Under the pieces are notes generated by a model. That model worked only from the letters and a program-made list of their open reading frames with translations. It made no database searches and was not told the DNA's origin. Shown here piece by piece: positions 8,975 through 20,801 of a stretch of 64,000 nt of DNA (position 1 is the first letter of the stretch; each line of letters opens with the position of its first letter). The DNA comes from an uncultured Nitrospiraceae bacterium. GTDB taxonomy: Bacteria > Nitrospirota > Thermodesulfovibrionia > Thermodesulfovibrionales > SM23-35. The DNA lies in contig CAVSHB010000001.1 in NCBI GenBank assembly GCA_963727775.1, positions 512,001 through 576,000 on the forward strand, given 5' to 3'. The position numbers were made by a program, and so were the translations under genes.

Positions 8975-9832
8975 ATGAAAATTCTGATTACCGGTGCAAA
9001 CGGACAGCTCGCCGGAGAGTTTAGGCGAGCGTTAGAAGAACGCAAACATGAGGTGGCTGCCTTTGATAAGAACAGCGTCGACATATCTGATCTGCGCAGC
9101 GTCACAGAGATTGTCGAACAATATAAGCCTGAAATTATTTTAAACTGCGCTGCATATAATTATGTGGATAGGGCTGAAGAGGATTTTGAGACCGCATATA
9201 GTGTGAACGCAACAGGGGTAAAAAACCTGTCCACTGTATGCAAAGAGAATGATGTCCTTTTGGTACATTACAGCAGCGATTACGTGTTTGACGGGAAAAA
9301 GGAGGATTTTTATACCGAGGAGGATGAGCCGAATCCGATTAACCGCTATGGAGAAAGCAAATTGGCCGGTGAAAAATTTTTACAGGCAGAGTCGGATAAT
9401 TTTTTGCTGTTCAGAGTGAGCTGGGTTTTTGGTGAAGGCAAACAGAATTTCCTTTATAAGTTGTTGGAGTGGGCAAAAAAGAACAAGGTGTTGAAAGTCG
9501 TTTCCGACCAGATAGCTGTCCCGACTTTTACTAAGGATATTGTGAATTTGACGATGTTTGCGATAGACAAAGGATTGAGAGGGGTTTACCATCTTACAAA
9601 CAGCGGATACGCTTCAAGGTATGAAGTGGCCCGATTTTTTATCGAAAGGCTCGGCATGGATGTCCTGATATTGCCTGTGAGTTCGGATTATTTCCCTTCA
9701 CCTGCCAAAAGGCCGTACTTTTCCGCGATGTCCAGTTTCAAGCTTTCAAATGACTTGAATGTGAGTGTTCCCGACTGGAAATTCGGCATCGAGAGATATG
9801 TAGAAACAATGTTTGAGACAATGGAGATCTGA
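8975..9832 (+). CDS. rmlD: dTDP-4-dehydrorhamnose reductase
   Basis: GANGQL, SSDYVFDG and YGESKLAGE motifs. Confidence 0.96.
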   Translation: MKILITGANGQLAGEFRRALEERKHEVAAFDKNSVDISDLRSVTEIVEQYKPEIILNCAAYNYVDRAEEDFETAYSVNATGVKNLSTVCKENDVLLVHYSSDYVFDGKKEDFYTEEDEPNPINRYGESKLAGEKFLQAESDNFLLFRVSWVFGEGKQNFLYKLLEWAKKNKVLKVVSDQIAVPTFTKDIVNLTMFAIDKGLRGVYHLTNSGYASRYEVARFFIERLGMDVLILPVSSDYFPSPAKRPYFSAMSSFKLSNDLNVSVPDWKFGIERYVETMFETMEI

Positions 9833-10791
9833 TGAAGCTTTTGGTAACAGGCGGCGCAGGGTTTATCGGGAGCGAGTTTGTAAGACAGGGGGTAAGCAAA
9901 GGTCACAGGATAACAGTTATCGATAAACTTAGTTATGCCGGTGATTTGGATAGACTGAAGGAAGTAGAAGGGAAAATCACTTTTTTAAATATAGATATAA
10001 CCGACGGCAAAGCTGTCGGAGATGTCTTCAGATCAGAGAGGCCCGATTCCATCGTGCACTGGGCGGCGGAAAGCCATGTTGACAGAAGCATAGCAGATGC
10101 CTCTCCTTTTATTGATACAAACATCAAAGGGACACAGGTCCTCCTCGACGCTGCAAAAAACTCCGGTATCGGAAAGTTTATTAATATTTCTACTGATGAG
10201 GTATACGGCGATCTTACAGAGGAAGGGCAGTTTTATGAAACAACACCTCTCAACCCCAGCTCTCCTTATTCTGTAAGCAAGGCGTCTGCCGATATGCTTG
10301 GAAGGGCATATTACAGGACATACGGCTTGCCTGTAATAACCGTCAGGCCGTCGAACAATTATGGCCCCTGGCAATATCCCGAGAAGCTGATCCCGGTGGT
10401 CATATTGAAAGCCCTGAAGAATGAAAAGGTGCCTGTTTATGCAAAAGGAGAGAACATAAGGGAGTGGCTGTTTGTCTCGGATTGCGCGGATGCGGTATTC
10501 GCAATACTCGAAAAAGGCAATGCCGGCGAGATTTATAATTTGGGAAGCGGTGAAGAAAAGAGGAATATAGATGTCGTTAAAACCATATTGCATATACTGG
10601 GGAAACCGGAAGATTTGATAGAATTCGTAAAAGACAGATTAGGGCATGACTTTAGATATTCCTTAAATTCGGATAAAATAAGCGGGCAGGTAGGCCGGAA
10701 AAAGAAAACACTTTTTCCCGAGGGCATAGAGAAGACGGTAGGATGGTATGTGGACCATATGGATTGGGTGACCAAGAAGCTTATTTCTTAA
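9832..10791 (+). CDS. rmlB: dTDP-glucose 4,6-dehydratase
   Basis: GGAGFIG, AAESHVDRSI, STDEVYG, YSVSK and EKLIP motifs. Confidence 0.96.
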   Translation: MKLLVTGGAGFIGSEFVRQGVSKGHRITVIDKLSYAGDLDRLKEVEGKITFLNIDITDGKAVGDVFRSERPDSIVHWAAESHVDRSIADASPFIDTNIKGTQVLLDAAKNSGIGKFINISTDEVYGDLTEEGQFYETTPLNPSSPYSVSKASADMLGRAYYRTYGLPVITVRPSNNYGPWQYPEKLIPVVILKALKNEKVPVYAKGENIREWLFVSDCADAVFAILEKGNAGEIYNLGSGEEKRNIDVVKTILHILGKPEDLIEFVKDRLGHDFRYSLNSDKISGQVGRKKKTLFPEGIEKTVGWYVDHMDWVTKKLIS

Positions 10792-10909
10792 CCCCGAATA
10801 ATGCAGATATTGTTCCAAAATTTATTTAAATTGATGAATACAGATTGTTCCTGGAAAAAAAGCTTGAAACAGCTATAAAAGAAAAGGAACAGGTTTGGGG
10901 AGGTCGATA

Positions 10910-12382
10910 ATGAAGGCACTTATTCTTGCCGGCGGTTCCGGAACAAGGCTTTGGCCCTTAAGCAGAAAGAACTATCCAAAGCAGTTTCTGAAGCTTAATA
11001 CTCAAAGGTCTTTGTTACAGGAGACCGCCGAAAGGCTCTTGAAAGTCGCCCCTGCTGAAAACATTATTGTGATGACGAACAACGAATACAAGTTCCATGT
11101 TTTGTCCGACCTGCGCGCACTCTCTCTCAGCCAGGCTCCTATAAATAACATAATCCTTGAGCCGGTGGCCAGAAATACGGCGCCGGCTATAGCTCTCGGC
11201 ATAAAGTACTGTATGGAAAAACTTGGGTCTGCTGAGAATGAAGTATTGTTCATTTCTCCTTCGGACCATATTATCAGACCCCCTGAAAGGTTTGTCGACT
11301 ATGTAAAACTCGCAGAGGAAATAGCCCAAAAGGGCCACATCGTGACATTCGGCATCAAACCGACAAGAGCCGAGACAGGGTATGGATATATCAAAGCAAG
11401 AAAACAGGCAATGGCTGACAGTAAGCAGGAAGGGACAAAGCTCCCTATAAAAAAGGGAGAGGGAGTATTTACAGGCGGGAATTTTTATGGAGAATACTTT
11501 AAAGCGGAAAAATTTATGGAAAAACCGGATGCAGAGACTGCTAAGCAGTATCTGCATGAGGGTAATTATTACTGGAACTCCGGTATGTTTGCCTTCAGCA
11601 TAGGGACTATGCTTGAAGAATTTGGAAGGCATGCGCCTGAGATCAGGAAGATGCTTGATATGAATTTTGACGACCTGTCCGCAAACTTCAGCGAGATGCC
11701 TGATATCTCCATAGACTACGCGGTAGCTGAAAAATCCGACAAGATAGTAATAATGCCCCTTGATGTATACTGGAATGATATCGGCTCATGGGACTCTCTC
11801 TACGAGGTCATTGACAAGGACGATTCAGGGAATATCAAGATGGGGGACACCATTACAATAGATACGAAGGACACCCTCATAATGAGCAATAAGAGGCTTA
11901 TTTCGACAATTGGGTTGGAGGACTGTCTCATTGTCGACACTGACGATGCGGTCCTCATCGCGAAGAAAGGGGAGACCCAAAAAGTCAGAGAAGTAGTGTG
12001 CAGGCTGAATAAAGAGAACCGGAAAGAGGCGACGGAACATCTTACAACATATCGCCCATGGGGCAGCTATTCCGTGCTTGAAGAAGGTGAACGGTATAAA
12101 ATCAAGAGGATCGTGGTAAATCCCGGGGAAAGGCTGAGCCTTCAGATGCACTATCACAGGTCGGAGCATTGGGTTGTTGTGAGAGGCGCCGCGAAAGTTA
12201 CAATCGGAGAAAAGGATATATATATCCATGAGAATGAATCTGCGTATGTCCCGAAATCAACTCATCACAGACTCGAAAATCCGGGCAAGGTACCGCTGGA
12301 AATAATTGAAGTTCAGAACGGCGAATATGTCGGTGAGGACGATATAGTGAGAATGGATGATAAGTACGGTAGAAATAAGTAA
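10910..12382 (+). CDS. manC: Mannose-1-phosphate guanylyltransferase / mannose-6-phosphate isomerase
   Basis: [29 protein letters not shown] and a cupin C-terminus (LSLQMHYHRSEHW); SD GGAGG before ATG 10910. Confidence 0.96.
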   Translation: MKALILAGGSGTRLWPLSRKNYPKQFLKLNTQRSLLQETAERLLKVAPAENIIVMTNNEYKFHVLSDLRALSLSQAPINNIILEPVARNTAPAIALGIKYCMEKLGSAENEVLFISPSDHIIRPPERFVDYVKLAEEIAQKGHIVTFGIKPTRAETGYGYIKARKQAMADSKQEGTKLPIKKGEGVFTGGNFYGEYFKAEKFMEKPDAETAKQYLHEGNYYWNSGMFAFSIGTMLEEFGRHAPEIRKMLDMNFDDLSANFSEMPDISIDYAVAEKSDKIVIMPLDVYWNDIGSWDSLYEVIDKDDSGNIKMGDTITIDTKDTLIMSNKRLISTIGLEDCLIVDTDDAVLIAKKGETQKVREVVCRLNKENRKEATEHLTTYRPWGSYSVLEEGERYKIKRIVVNPGERLSLQMHYHRSEHWVVVRGAAKVTIGEKDIYIHENESAYVPKSTHHRLENPGKVPLEIIEVQNGEYVGEDDIVRMDDKYGRNK

Positions 12383-12403
12383 AAAGGCAAGGAAGAGGTT
12401 GAT

Positions 12404-13561
12404 ATGAAAAAGGCTTTGATAACCGGCATCACAGGGCAGGACGGCTCTTACCTGACCGAATTGCTTTTGTCAAAAGGGTATGAAGTGCATGGGTTGGTCC
12501 GCCGGGCAAGTACATTCAACACCCACAGAATTGATCATCTGTACCAGGACCCGCACATACCGAATACAAGGCTTTTCCTGCAGTTTGGAGACTTGTCCGA
12601 TTCGGGACAATTGACCAATATTATTTACAACATCAAACCCGATGAAATCTATCACCTCGGGGCGCAGAGCCATGTCAGGGTCAGCTTTGACCTGCCGGAA
12701 TATACCGGGGATGTCACGGGGTTAGGCACGATAAGGATATTGGAGGCGGTCAGAAGGAGCGGGATCAAAACAAAGTTTTATCAGGCGTCGAGCAGCGAGA
12801 TGTTCGGGGCTGCCGGACCGCCCCAGAATGAAAAAACACCTTTTTGTCCGAGAAGCCCCTATGCTGCCGCGAAGGTTTATGCATACTGGATCACCGTGAA
12901 TTACAGGGAGGGTTATAAGCTTTTCAATTGCAACGGCATACTCTTCAACCACGAATCCCCCCGCAGGGGTGAGACGTTTGTTACGAGGAAGATTACAAGG
13001 GCAATTGCGAATATTACCGCAGGAAAGCAAAGGAGATTGTATCTCGGGAATCTCGACGCAAAGAGAGACTGGGGGTTCGCTCCTGAATATGTAGAGTGCC
13101 AGTGGCTGATACTCCAGCAGGATGAACCGGATGATTATGCGATCGGGACCGGCGAAAGCCATTCGGTAAGGGAATTTGTAGAAAAGGCGTTCAATTACGC
13201 GGGCATAGAGATAGAGTGGGTAGGCGAAGGGGCCGCCCAAAAAGGAAAAGTCCGTTCCCTGACTTCAAACTTGACCATCCCAACTTTAAAAACGGGAGAT
13301 ATTATCATCGAGATCGACCCGAAGTATTTCCGACCGACCGAGGTCGATTTCCTGCAGGCCGATATAAGCAAGGCAAGACAGAAACTCGGCTGGGAGCCAA
13401 GGACGACTTTCGATGAGCTTATTAAGATAATGGTCGACTATGACCTTAAACTGATAGGCCTGAAACCGGTCGGTGAAGGGATAGAAGCAAGCCTTAAAAA
13501 GGGTTTTACCTATACCAACCATGACTTTGCATTACATGAAAAAATACGTGAGAGATGCTGA
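12404..13561 (+). CDS. gmd: GDP-mannose 4,6-dehydratase
   Basis: [12 protein letters not shown] and [20 protein letters not shown] motifs. Confidence 0.97.
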   Translation: MKKALITGITGQDGSYLTELLLSKGYEVHGLVRRASTFNTHRIDHLYQDPHIPNTRLFLQFGDLSDSGQLTNIIYNIKPDEIYHLGAQSHVRVSFDLPEYTGDVTGLGTIRILEAVRRSGIKTKFYQASSSEMFGAAGPPQNEKTPFCPRSPYAAAKVYAYWITVNYREGYKLFNCNGILFNHESPRRGETFVTRKITRAIANITAGKQRRLYLGNLDAKRDWGFAPEYVECQWLILQQDEPDDYAIGTGESHSVREFVEKAFNYAGIEIEWVGEGAAQKGKVRSLTSNLTIPTLKTGDIIIEIDPKYFRPTEVDFLQADISKARQKLGWEPRTTFDELIKIMVDYDLKLIGLKPVGEGIEASLKKGFTYTNHDFALHEKIRERC

Positions 13562-13658
13562 TAAAGACTTGCAGCCCCTTCTCAACTCCTAAGGTAAAGG
13601 GAACGAAGGAGGGGTTATGCTTTAGAACCTTGTTACAGCGGGTAACGTTTATTTATAG

Positions 13659-14722
13659 ATGAGCAAGGATTCCAGGATATACATTGCAGGTCATCGGGGC
13701 CTTGTCGGCTCGGCAATCCTGAGAAAACTGCGTGGAATGGAATTCACGGACCTTGTAACAAGGACGAGCGGAGAGCTTGACCTCAGAAGGCAGAATGATA
13801 CGGAAAATTTCTTTGCAAAAGAAAAACCTGACTATGTCTTTCTTGCAGCTGCAAAGGTAGGAGGTATCCTTGCGAATGATACATACAGGGCCGAGTTTAT
13901 TTATAACAATATAATTATCGCAGCCAACGCAATACATTCTTCGTACACATGCGGAGTAAAAAAACTGCTTAATCTCGGTTCTTCATGCATATATCCAAAA
14001 CTCGCGCCTCAGCCGATGAAAGAGGAGTATTTATTGACCGGACCCCTGGAGCCTACCAACGAACCATATGCAATAGCCAAGATATCCGCCATAAAACTCT
14101 GCAGGTACTACAATGAGCAGTACGGCACTAATTTTATTTCAGTAATGCCTACAAACTTATACGGTCCTAATGACAACTTCAACCTTCAGACCTCACATGT
14201 GCTCCCTGCATTGATCAGGAAGATGCACCTGGGGAAATGTTTGCATGAAGGCGACTTCGATATGATTAGAAAAGATTTGATAAAATATCCGCCGGGCGGC
14301 TGTGACGTATCTCAGATGGCAAGGGCGGATATTACTGAATGTCTCGCGACGTATGGTATTAAGACCGATCATTCCTCACGCTCGACGGTAGTGAATCTAT
14401 GGGGCAGCGGGAAGCCGTACAGAGAGTTTTTGTATGTTGATGACCTTGCCGAGGCCTGTATTTTCCTTATGGAAAACTATGACGCCGGGTCAGGCGAATT
14501 CATAAACATCGGTACAGGAGAAGATTTGACGATCAAACAGCTTGCAGAATTAGTGAAGGAAATAGTCGGCTTCCTGGCCAAATACAATGGGACCCGACAA
14601 AACCCGATGGAACACCGAGAAAGCTCCTCGATGTTTCGAAACTGCAATCGCTCGGATGGCGGCCAAAGATATCTCTAAAAGAAGGGATAAGAAGAACATA
14701 CGAATGGTATGCCGCGAATTAG
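13659..14722 (+). CDS. fcl: GDP-L-fucose synthase, frameshifted near 14575
   Basis: [10 protein letters not shown] and LGSSCIYPK; the conserved tail [17 protein letters not shown]...YEWY is in another frame ending at TAG 14720-14722. Confidence 0.92.
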
Positions 14723-14790
14723 TCTAAGAAAACGTTCAATATTCTATGGTGGAGAAAAGAACAGTAAGAAAATAACCCGGAACATCGAAC

Positions 14791-14943
14791 ATGAATTATA
14801 AAGGTAAATTGAATTTAGAGGAATTGAAGAAAAGATACTGGAAATTGATCGTTTTATCCGGCGATAGGAACTGGGAGATCTGGCTGGCGGTTGCGGCAGC
14901 ACTGATCGTGGGTGTAATTATAATTTTGACGATATTACGTTAA
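14791..14943 (+). CDS. Small 50-aa single-pass membrane protein
   Basis: MNYKGKLNLEELKKRYWKLIVLSGDRNWEIWLAVAAALIVGVIIILTILR*: basic N-terminus and a hydrophobic C-terminal helix; no clear SD. Confidence 0.5.
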   Translation: MNYKGKLNLEELKKRYWKLIVLSGDRNWEIWLAVAAALIVGVIIILTILR

Positions 14944-15013
14944 ATGGTAGCAAAGCAACTATGGACCTATCAGAAATATTAAACTTGAGGCCGCTCATTA
15001 AGGAAAATAAAGC

Positions 15014-15964
15014 ATGAAGAATATATCAGGCAAGCGTATTCTCGTTACCGGGGGAGCAGGTTTTCTCGGTTCTCATCTTTGTGAACAACTGCTCAGTAAA
15101 GGGCATGAAGTTATCTGCGTGGATAATTTCTACACCGGGCGAAGGGCGAATATTGCCCATCTCATCAGGGACCCTTATTTTGAAGTATTGAGGCATGACA
15201 TTTGTTTCCCGTTATATGTAGAGGTCGACGAAATCTATAACCTTGCCTGTCCCGCTTCTCCGATTCATTACCAGTTCGATCCCGTGCAGACCACAAAGAC
15301 CTCTGTCCATGGAAGCATCAATATGCTCGGGCTTGCAAAACGGGTGAAAGCCAGGATATTGCAGGCGTCGACAAGTGAAGTATACGGAGACCCTTTGGTC
15401 CATCCGCAGACTGAAAATTACTGGGGCAATGTAAATCCCGTAGGCTTAAGATCATGCTACGATGAAGGAAAACGCTGTGCGGAGACACTATTCTTTGATT
15501 ATCACCGGCAGCACAAATTGCAGATAAAAGTCGCAAGAATTTTCAATACCTACGGCCCGAGGATGCATCCCAACGACGGGCGTGTCGTGAGCAATTTTAT
15601 AATGCAGGCGTTGAAAGGAGAAGATATAACCGTTTTCGGTGAAGGTAAACAGACGAGGAGTTTCTGCTATGTGGATGACTTGGTAGACGGCTTGATCAAA
15701 CTTATGAACAGCCCTGATGATTTTACCGGCCCTGTAAATTTAGGGAACCCCGTTGAATTCACTATACTTGAACTTGCCGGGAAGGTCATTAAAATGACAG
15801 GTTCCCGATCTCAAATAGTCTTTCAACCTCTCCCGCCCGATGACCCAACTCAGCGGCAGCCGGATATATCAACAGCAAAGAGCATCCTTAATTGGGAGCC
15901 AAAGATACAGCTGCAAAAAGGTTTAAAAAAGACCATTGATTATTTTCGAGTTCTTATAAAATGA
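15014..15964 (+). CDS. uxs: UDP-glucuronate decarboxylase (UDP-xylose synthase)
   Basis: LACPASP, YWGNVNP, CYDEGKR and DGRVVSNFI motifs. Confidence 0.94.
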   Translation: MKNISGKRILVTGGAGFLGSHLCEQLLSKGHEVICVDNFYTGRRANIAHLIRDPYFEVLRHDICFPLYVEVDEIYNLACPASPIHYQFDPVQTTKTSVHGSINMLGLAKRVKARILQASTSEVYGDPLVHPQTENYWGNVNPVGLRSCYDEGKRCAETLFFDYHRQHKLQIKVARIFNTYGPRMHPNDGRVVSNFIMQALKGEDITVFGEGKQTRSFCYVDDLVDGLIKLMNSPDDFTGPVNLGNPVEFTILELAGKVIKMTGSRSQIVFQPLPPDDPTQRQPDISTAKSILNWEPKIQLQKGLKKTIDYFRVLIK

Positions 15965-16066
15965 AAAGGCCTGAATTTACTAATCTTTCACCTAAATCTG
16001 ATGCCTTGACAATCTCCTGTTTAGCGCATTTCCACCCCGAGAGTAAAATTTAAATGAAGGAAATGA

Positions 16067-17047
<981 letters not shown>

Positions 17048-17051
<4 letters not shown>

Positions 17052-18268
17052 AAGTTGTCCCTTACAGCAGACAAGGCATTGATAAGGGAGATATTCAAGA
17101 AGTTGTAAAGGTCTTAAGAAGTGATTTCATTACGCAGGGGCCCAAAATACCTGAATTTGAAAAAGCGCTTGCAAAATACTGTGGTTCTAAATATGCAGTT
17201 GTTTTTAATTCAGGGACGTCGGCGTTGCACGGTGCATATTTTGCCGCCGGACTCAAAAAAGGGAATGAGTTCATTACATCTCCGATTACGTTTGTTGCCA
17301 CTTCCAACGCGGGGTTGTATCTGGGAGCAAAGCCGGTTTTTGTTGACGTTGAAAGGGACACAGGCAATATAGATGTAAACAAGATCGCGGCAAAGATCAC
17401 GGAAAAGACAAGGCTTTTGGTTCCGGTCCATTACGCAGGGCATTCGGTTGACCTGAACAAAATCAACGCCCTTGCAAAAAAGCACAACCTCACCGTTATT
17501 GAAGACGCCTGCCATGCACTGGGCGCTAAATATGAAGGAGAAAAGATAGGAAGCTGCAAGTATTCCGATATGACTGTCCTAAGCTTTCATCCTGTAAAGC
17601 ATATTACCACAGGAGAAGGCGGCGCGGTCCTCACGAATAAAAAAGATTATTATGAAAAGCTTTTGATGTTCAGAAATCACGGTATTACTAAAGACAGATC
17701 ACGATTCACGGTTCACGATTCACAATTCACAGGCGACTGGTATTACGAAATGCAGCTGCTGGGCTATAACTACAGGATGACGGACATACAGGCTGCACTC
17801 GGGATTTCACAGCTCAAAAAACTTGATTCATTCGTTGAAAAAAGAAGAGCCATAGCAGACTTTTATAACAAAGCTTTCAAAAACAATCCTTATTTCGAAA
17901 TCCCTACCGAAAAGGATTATGCTTATTCATCATACCATCTCTATCCGATAAGACTAAAAGATAAATATAAAGGCAAAAAAAATATGCTTTTTGCTGACTT
18001 GCGGGGAAATGGCCTCGGTGTCCAGGTGCATTACATACCTGTATACCGGCAACCCTATTACAAGGCCTTGGGATACAAGAAGGGTTTATGTCCTGCTGCA
18101 GAAGATTTTTACCATGGAGAGATAAGCATCCCTATCTATCCGGGGATGAAAGAAGAAGATATGAGATATGTAATAGGAAAGTTGAAACATGCATTTGATT
18201 TGACGGACAAACATATTTCAAAAAAATCAGAGATGCAAGGCATGTCCCTTGCGAAACTCTTAAGCTAA
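17048..18268 (+). CDS. pseC: UDP-4-amino-4,6-dideoxy-HexNAc aminotransferase (DegT family)
   Basis: VPYSRQ, IEDACHALG, SFHPVKHITTGEGG and QVHYIPV motifs. Confidence 0.92.
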
Positions 18269-18386
18269 AAATTTCCCCGAGTTCTTTTGCATTTATTTAT
18301 GCACGTCTTTTCTTGATTGAAGAAGAAATTAAATATGCAATAAAAACTATCCGAGAACAATTTGATCAATTAATTCTTAAAATTTT

Positions 18387-19040
18387 ATGACAGAACAAAT
18401 CAACAAATGGAAAAGCGAATTTGGTGATGAATATATACAAAGGAATCTTTTCAAGCCGGAAGAAATTGATAATTTATATCTAAGCAGATACGGGATTTCC
18501 CGGATCTCAATGAACGAGATGTTTTTAAATTTCTTAGATAGAAACGTAAAAATATTAGAAGTTGGAACAAATATCGGCCTGCAATTAAATTTGCTTTCAA
18601 AGGTGGGCTTCCAAAATTTATACGGGATCGAGGTAAATCCTTTTGCGATTAAAACTTCACAAGGACTTAATGAAGGGTTGCCTATATATATAATCGAAGC
18701 TTCTGCCTTTGATATACCGTTTAAGGATAATTGGTTCGATTTAGTTTTCACATCGGGTGTACTGATCCATATTCATCCAAAAGATATATCCAATGCTATG
18801 AGCGAAATCTATAGATGCACTAACAATTATATCTGGTGTTTTGAAGATTTTGAAGAAGAAGGGTACAGGGAGATTATGTACAAAGGGAAATCTAATTTGC
18901 TATGGAAAGCTAATTTCAAAAAATTATTTTTGGACCATTTCTCTGATCTTAGAGTAATTAAAGAAAGTTTTTATCCTTATATAAAGGAGCCCAAATTAGT
19001 TGACCATATGTTTTTACTTAAAAAGGTAAGAAGCGAATGA
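18387..19040 (+). CDS. Pseudaminic-acid-biosynthesis-associated SAM methyltransferase
   Basis: WKSEFGDEYIQRN, LEVGTNIG and FTSGVLIHIHP motifs; pse context. Confidence 0.85.
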   Translation: MTEQINKWKSEFGDEYIQRNLFKPEEIDNLYLSRYGISRISMNEMFLNFLDRNVKILEVGTNIGLQLNLLSKVGFQNLYGIEVNPFAIKTSQGLNEGLPIYIIEASAFDIPFKDNWFDLVFTSGVLIHIHPKDISNAMSEIYRCTNNYIWCFEDFEEEGYREIMYKGKSNLLWKANFKKLFLDHFSDLRVIKESFYPYIKEPKLVDHMFLLKKVRSE

Positions 19041-19894
19041 AAATTGGAGCAATTATTCAGGCAAGAACATCATCAACGAGATTGCCGAATAAGGTCTTAA
19101 AAGAATTGCCTTACGGAAGCAAAGTAAGTGTTTTACAGCAGGTCATCAGAAGACTCAAAAAATCAGAAAAAATAAAGCATATTATTATTGCTACTACACC
19201 TGATAAGCAAGATCAGGAAATTGTAAAGAAAGCCAGAAAAGAAAGTGTCAAATGGTTCATCGGCAGTAAAGAAGATGTTTTAAGCAGATACTATCTGGCG
19301 GCAAAAGAAAACAAATTAGATATTGTTGTAAGAGTCACAAGCGATTGTCCATGCATTGACCCGAAAATAGTTGATCTTGTTATATCAAGACATCTGAAAA
19401 CTAATGCAGATTATACGTCAAATAGTTTAAAAAGAACCTTTCCACACGGTTTAGATACCGAGGTCATGAATTTTTCCACTTTAGAAAGAGCATACCATGA
19501 AGCTAATCAGGATTTTGAAAGGGAGCATGTTACCCCATTTATATATAAAACCAAAGCGGATGTATTTAGGATAACTTCAATAGAAGCACCTAAAAATATA
19601 TATTATCCTGACATCAGAATAACCCTTGATACAGAGGAAGATTATGCACTGCTTTGCGCTGTTTTTGACTATCTGTATCCTGGAAATGAACTTTTTGACA
19701 CAAAAGATATCATAAGGCTATTCAAAGAAAAACCCTGGCTTAAATTAATCAATAAGCATGTTGTCCAGAAGAAATTATTCGATTCCTTGGAAGATGAAAT
19801 TAAAGAGGCTATAAAAATATGTGATTTGCAGGACTTAAAAAGAGCGAGAGAGGTATTCGAATCCCGATTAAATGAAGATAATTTTAGTAACTGA
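19037..19894 (+). CDS. spsF: SpsF-type cytidylyltransferase (PseF role)
   Basis: IIQARTSSTRLPNKVL, GSKEDVLSRY, VRVTSDCP, REHVTPFI and RITLDTEED motifs. Confidence 0.88.
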   Translation: MKIGAIIQARTSSTRLPNKVLKELPYGSKVSVLQQVIRRLKKSEKIKHIIIATTPDKQDQEIVKKARKESVKWFIGSKEDVLSRYYLAAKENKLDIVVRVTSDCPCIDPKIVDLVISRHLKTNADYTSNSLKRTFPHGLDTEVMNFSTLERAYHEANQDFEREHVTPFIYKTKADVFRITSIEAPKNIYYPDIRITLDTEEDYALLCAVFDYLYPGNELFDTKDIIRLFKEKPWLKLINKHVVQKKLFDSLEDEIKEAIKICDLQDLKRAREVFESRLNEDNFSN

Positions 19895-20105
19895 GGGAAG
19901 TCAAAACATGGGTTTGGTTATGCAACAAGGTGTAGTGCTTTGTATCAGGCTTTTGAAGAAGAAATGATAAGAATATATCTCATAAGATCTTATATAATTT
20001 GGATAAATTAAGCAGCTTCAAAATGAGAGTGGAGAGGTCTCAAAAAGGCAAGAATTTCGTCGATGATTGTAGTGTTATTAGAATTGTTAATATTTTGAAA
20101 AGGAG
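19872..20105 (+). pseudogene. Internally deleted pseG/spsG remnant
   Basis: N-terminal MKIILVTEGSQNMG.GYATRCSALYQAF (frameshifted) joined to C-terminal RSQKGKNFVDDCSVIRIVNIL, both resembling the ends of the PseG at 21686. Confidence 0.65.
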
Positions 20106-20111
20106 CATATC

Positions 20112-20798
20112 TTGTTAATCACGGAACTCGAGGGATTAAAATTCCCTGATGAATATGTTACCAGATTTTATTTTAAAGAAGGGTTGGATAAAACAAATGG
20201 AAAAGTCTTAGAACTTGGATGTGGCAATGGTAATAATTTGCTGATGTTTTATCAATATGGCTGGGAAGTAGTTGGTATAGATATTAGCAAGCACTTTATT
20301 AAACAGGCTGAGAGAAATTTTAGATTGTCTGAAAAATATTATGGGCTTTCAAATAGATTTACATTTTTTGCACAAGATATGCTTAATTTTGTTAGAAATT
20401 ACAATGGCCAATCTTTTGATGTTCTCCTTTTACCTAATGTTATCTGTTATTTAAGGTATACACAGATACTAAAATTATTTTCTGAGATAAGAGAAAATAA
20501 GGTTATTGACAATAATTCATTCATATTTATTAGAACAAGGAGTCCACAGGATTATAGATATAGAAGAGGAAAAAAGTGCGGAGATAAAACCTTCAAGTTG
20601 CAAATAGAAGAGACGGGGGAGAAAGGATGCTTGAATACTTTTCTCTTGGAATCCGAGCTTGAAGCCATTATAGAGAATGAATTTTGTCTTGACTTTAAAC
20701 GGATATTTCAATGCAGATTTGATAATTATCAAAGCGGTTGCTTCATTGCAAATTCTGATATTATTTTTTGGGGTAAGGTAAGAGAATTCAAGAAATAG
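20112..20798 (+). CDS. Class I SAM-dependent methyltransferase
   Basis: KFPDEYV and VLELGCGNGNN motifs; SD AGGAG with a TTG start. Confidence 0.85.
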   Translation: MLITELEGLKFPDEYVTRFYFKEGLDKTNGKVLELGCGNGNNLLMFYQYGWEVVGIDISKHFIKQAERNFRLSEKYYGLSNRFTFFAQDMLNFVRNYNGQSFDVLLLPNVICYLRYTQILKLFSEIRENKVIDNNSFIFIRTRSPQDYRYRRGKKCGDKTFKLQIEETGEKGCLNTFLLESELEAIIENEFCLDFKRIFQCRFDNYQSGCFIANSDIIFWGKVREFKK

Positions 20799-20801
20799 CA
20801 A

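Noticed and set aside
10792..10894. Coding-like spacer after rmlB (EYRLFLEKKLETAIKEKEQV)
   Set aside because: Too short, has no start and cannot be assigned.
13251..13285. Possible degenerate repeat insert in gmd ([10 protein letters not shown]), and similar in fcl (TDHSSRST)
   Set aside because: The periodicity is too weak to count with the clear heptamer tracts.
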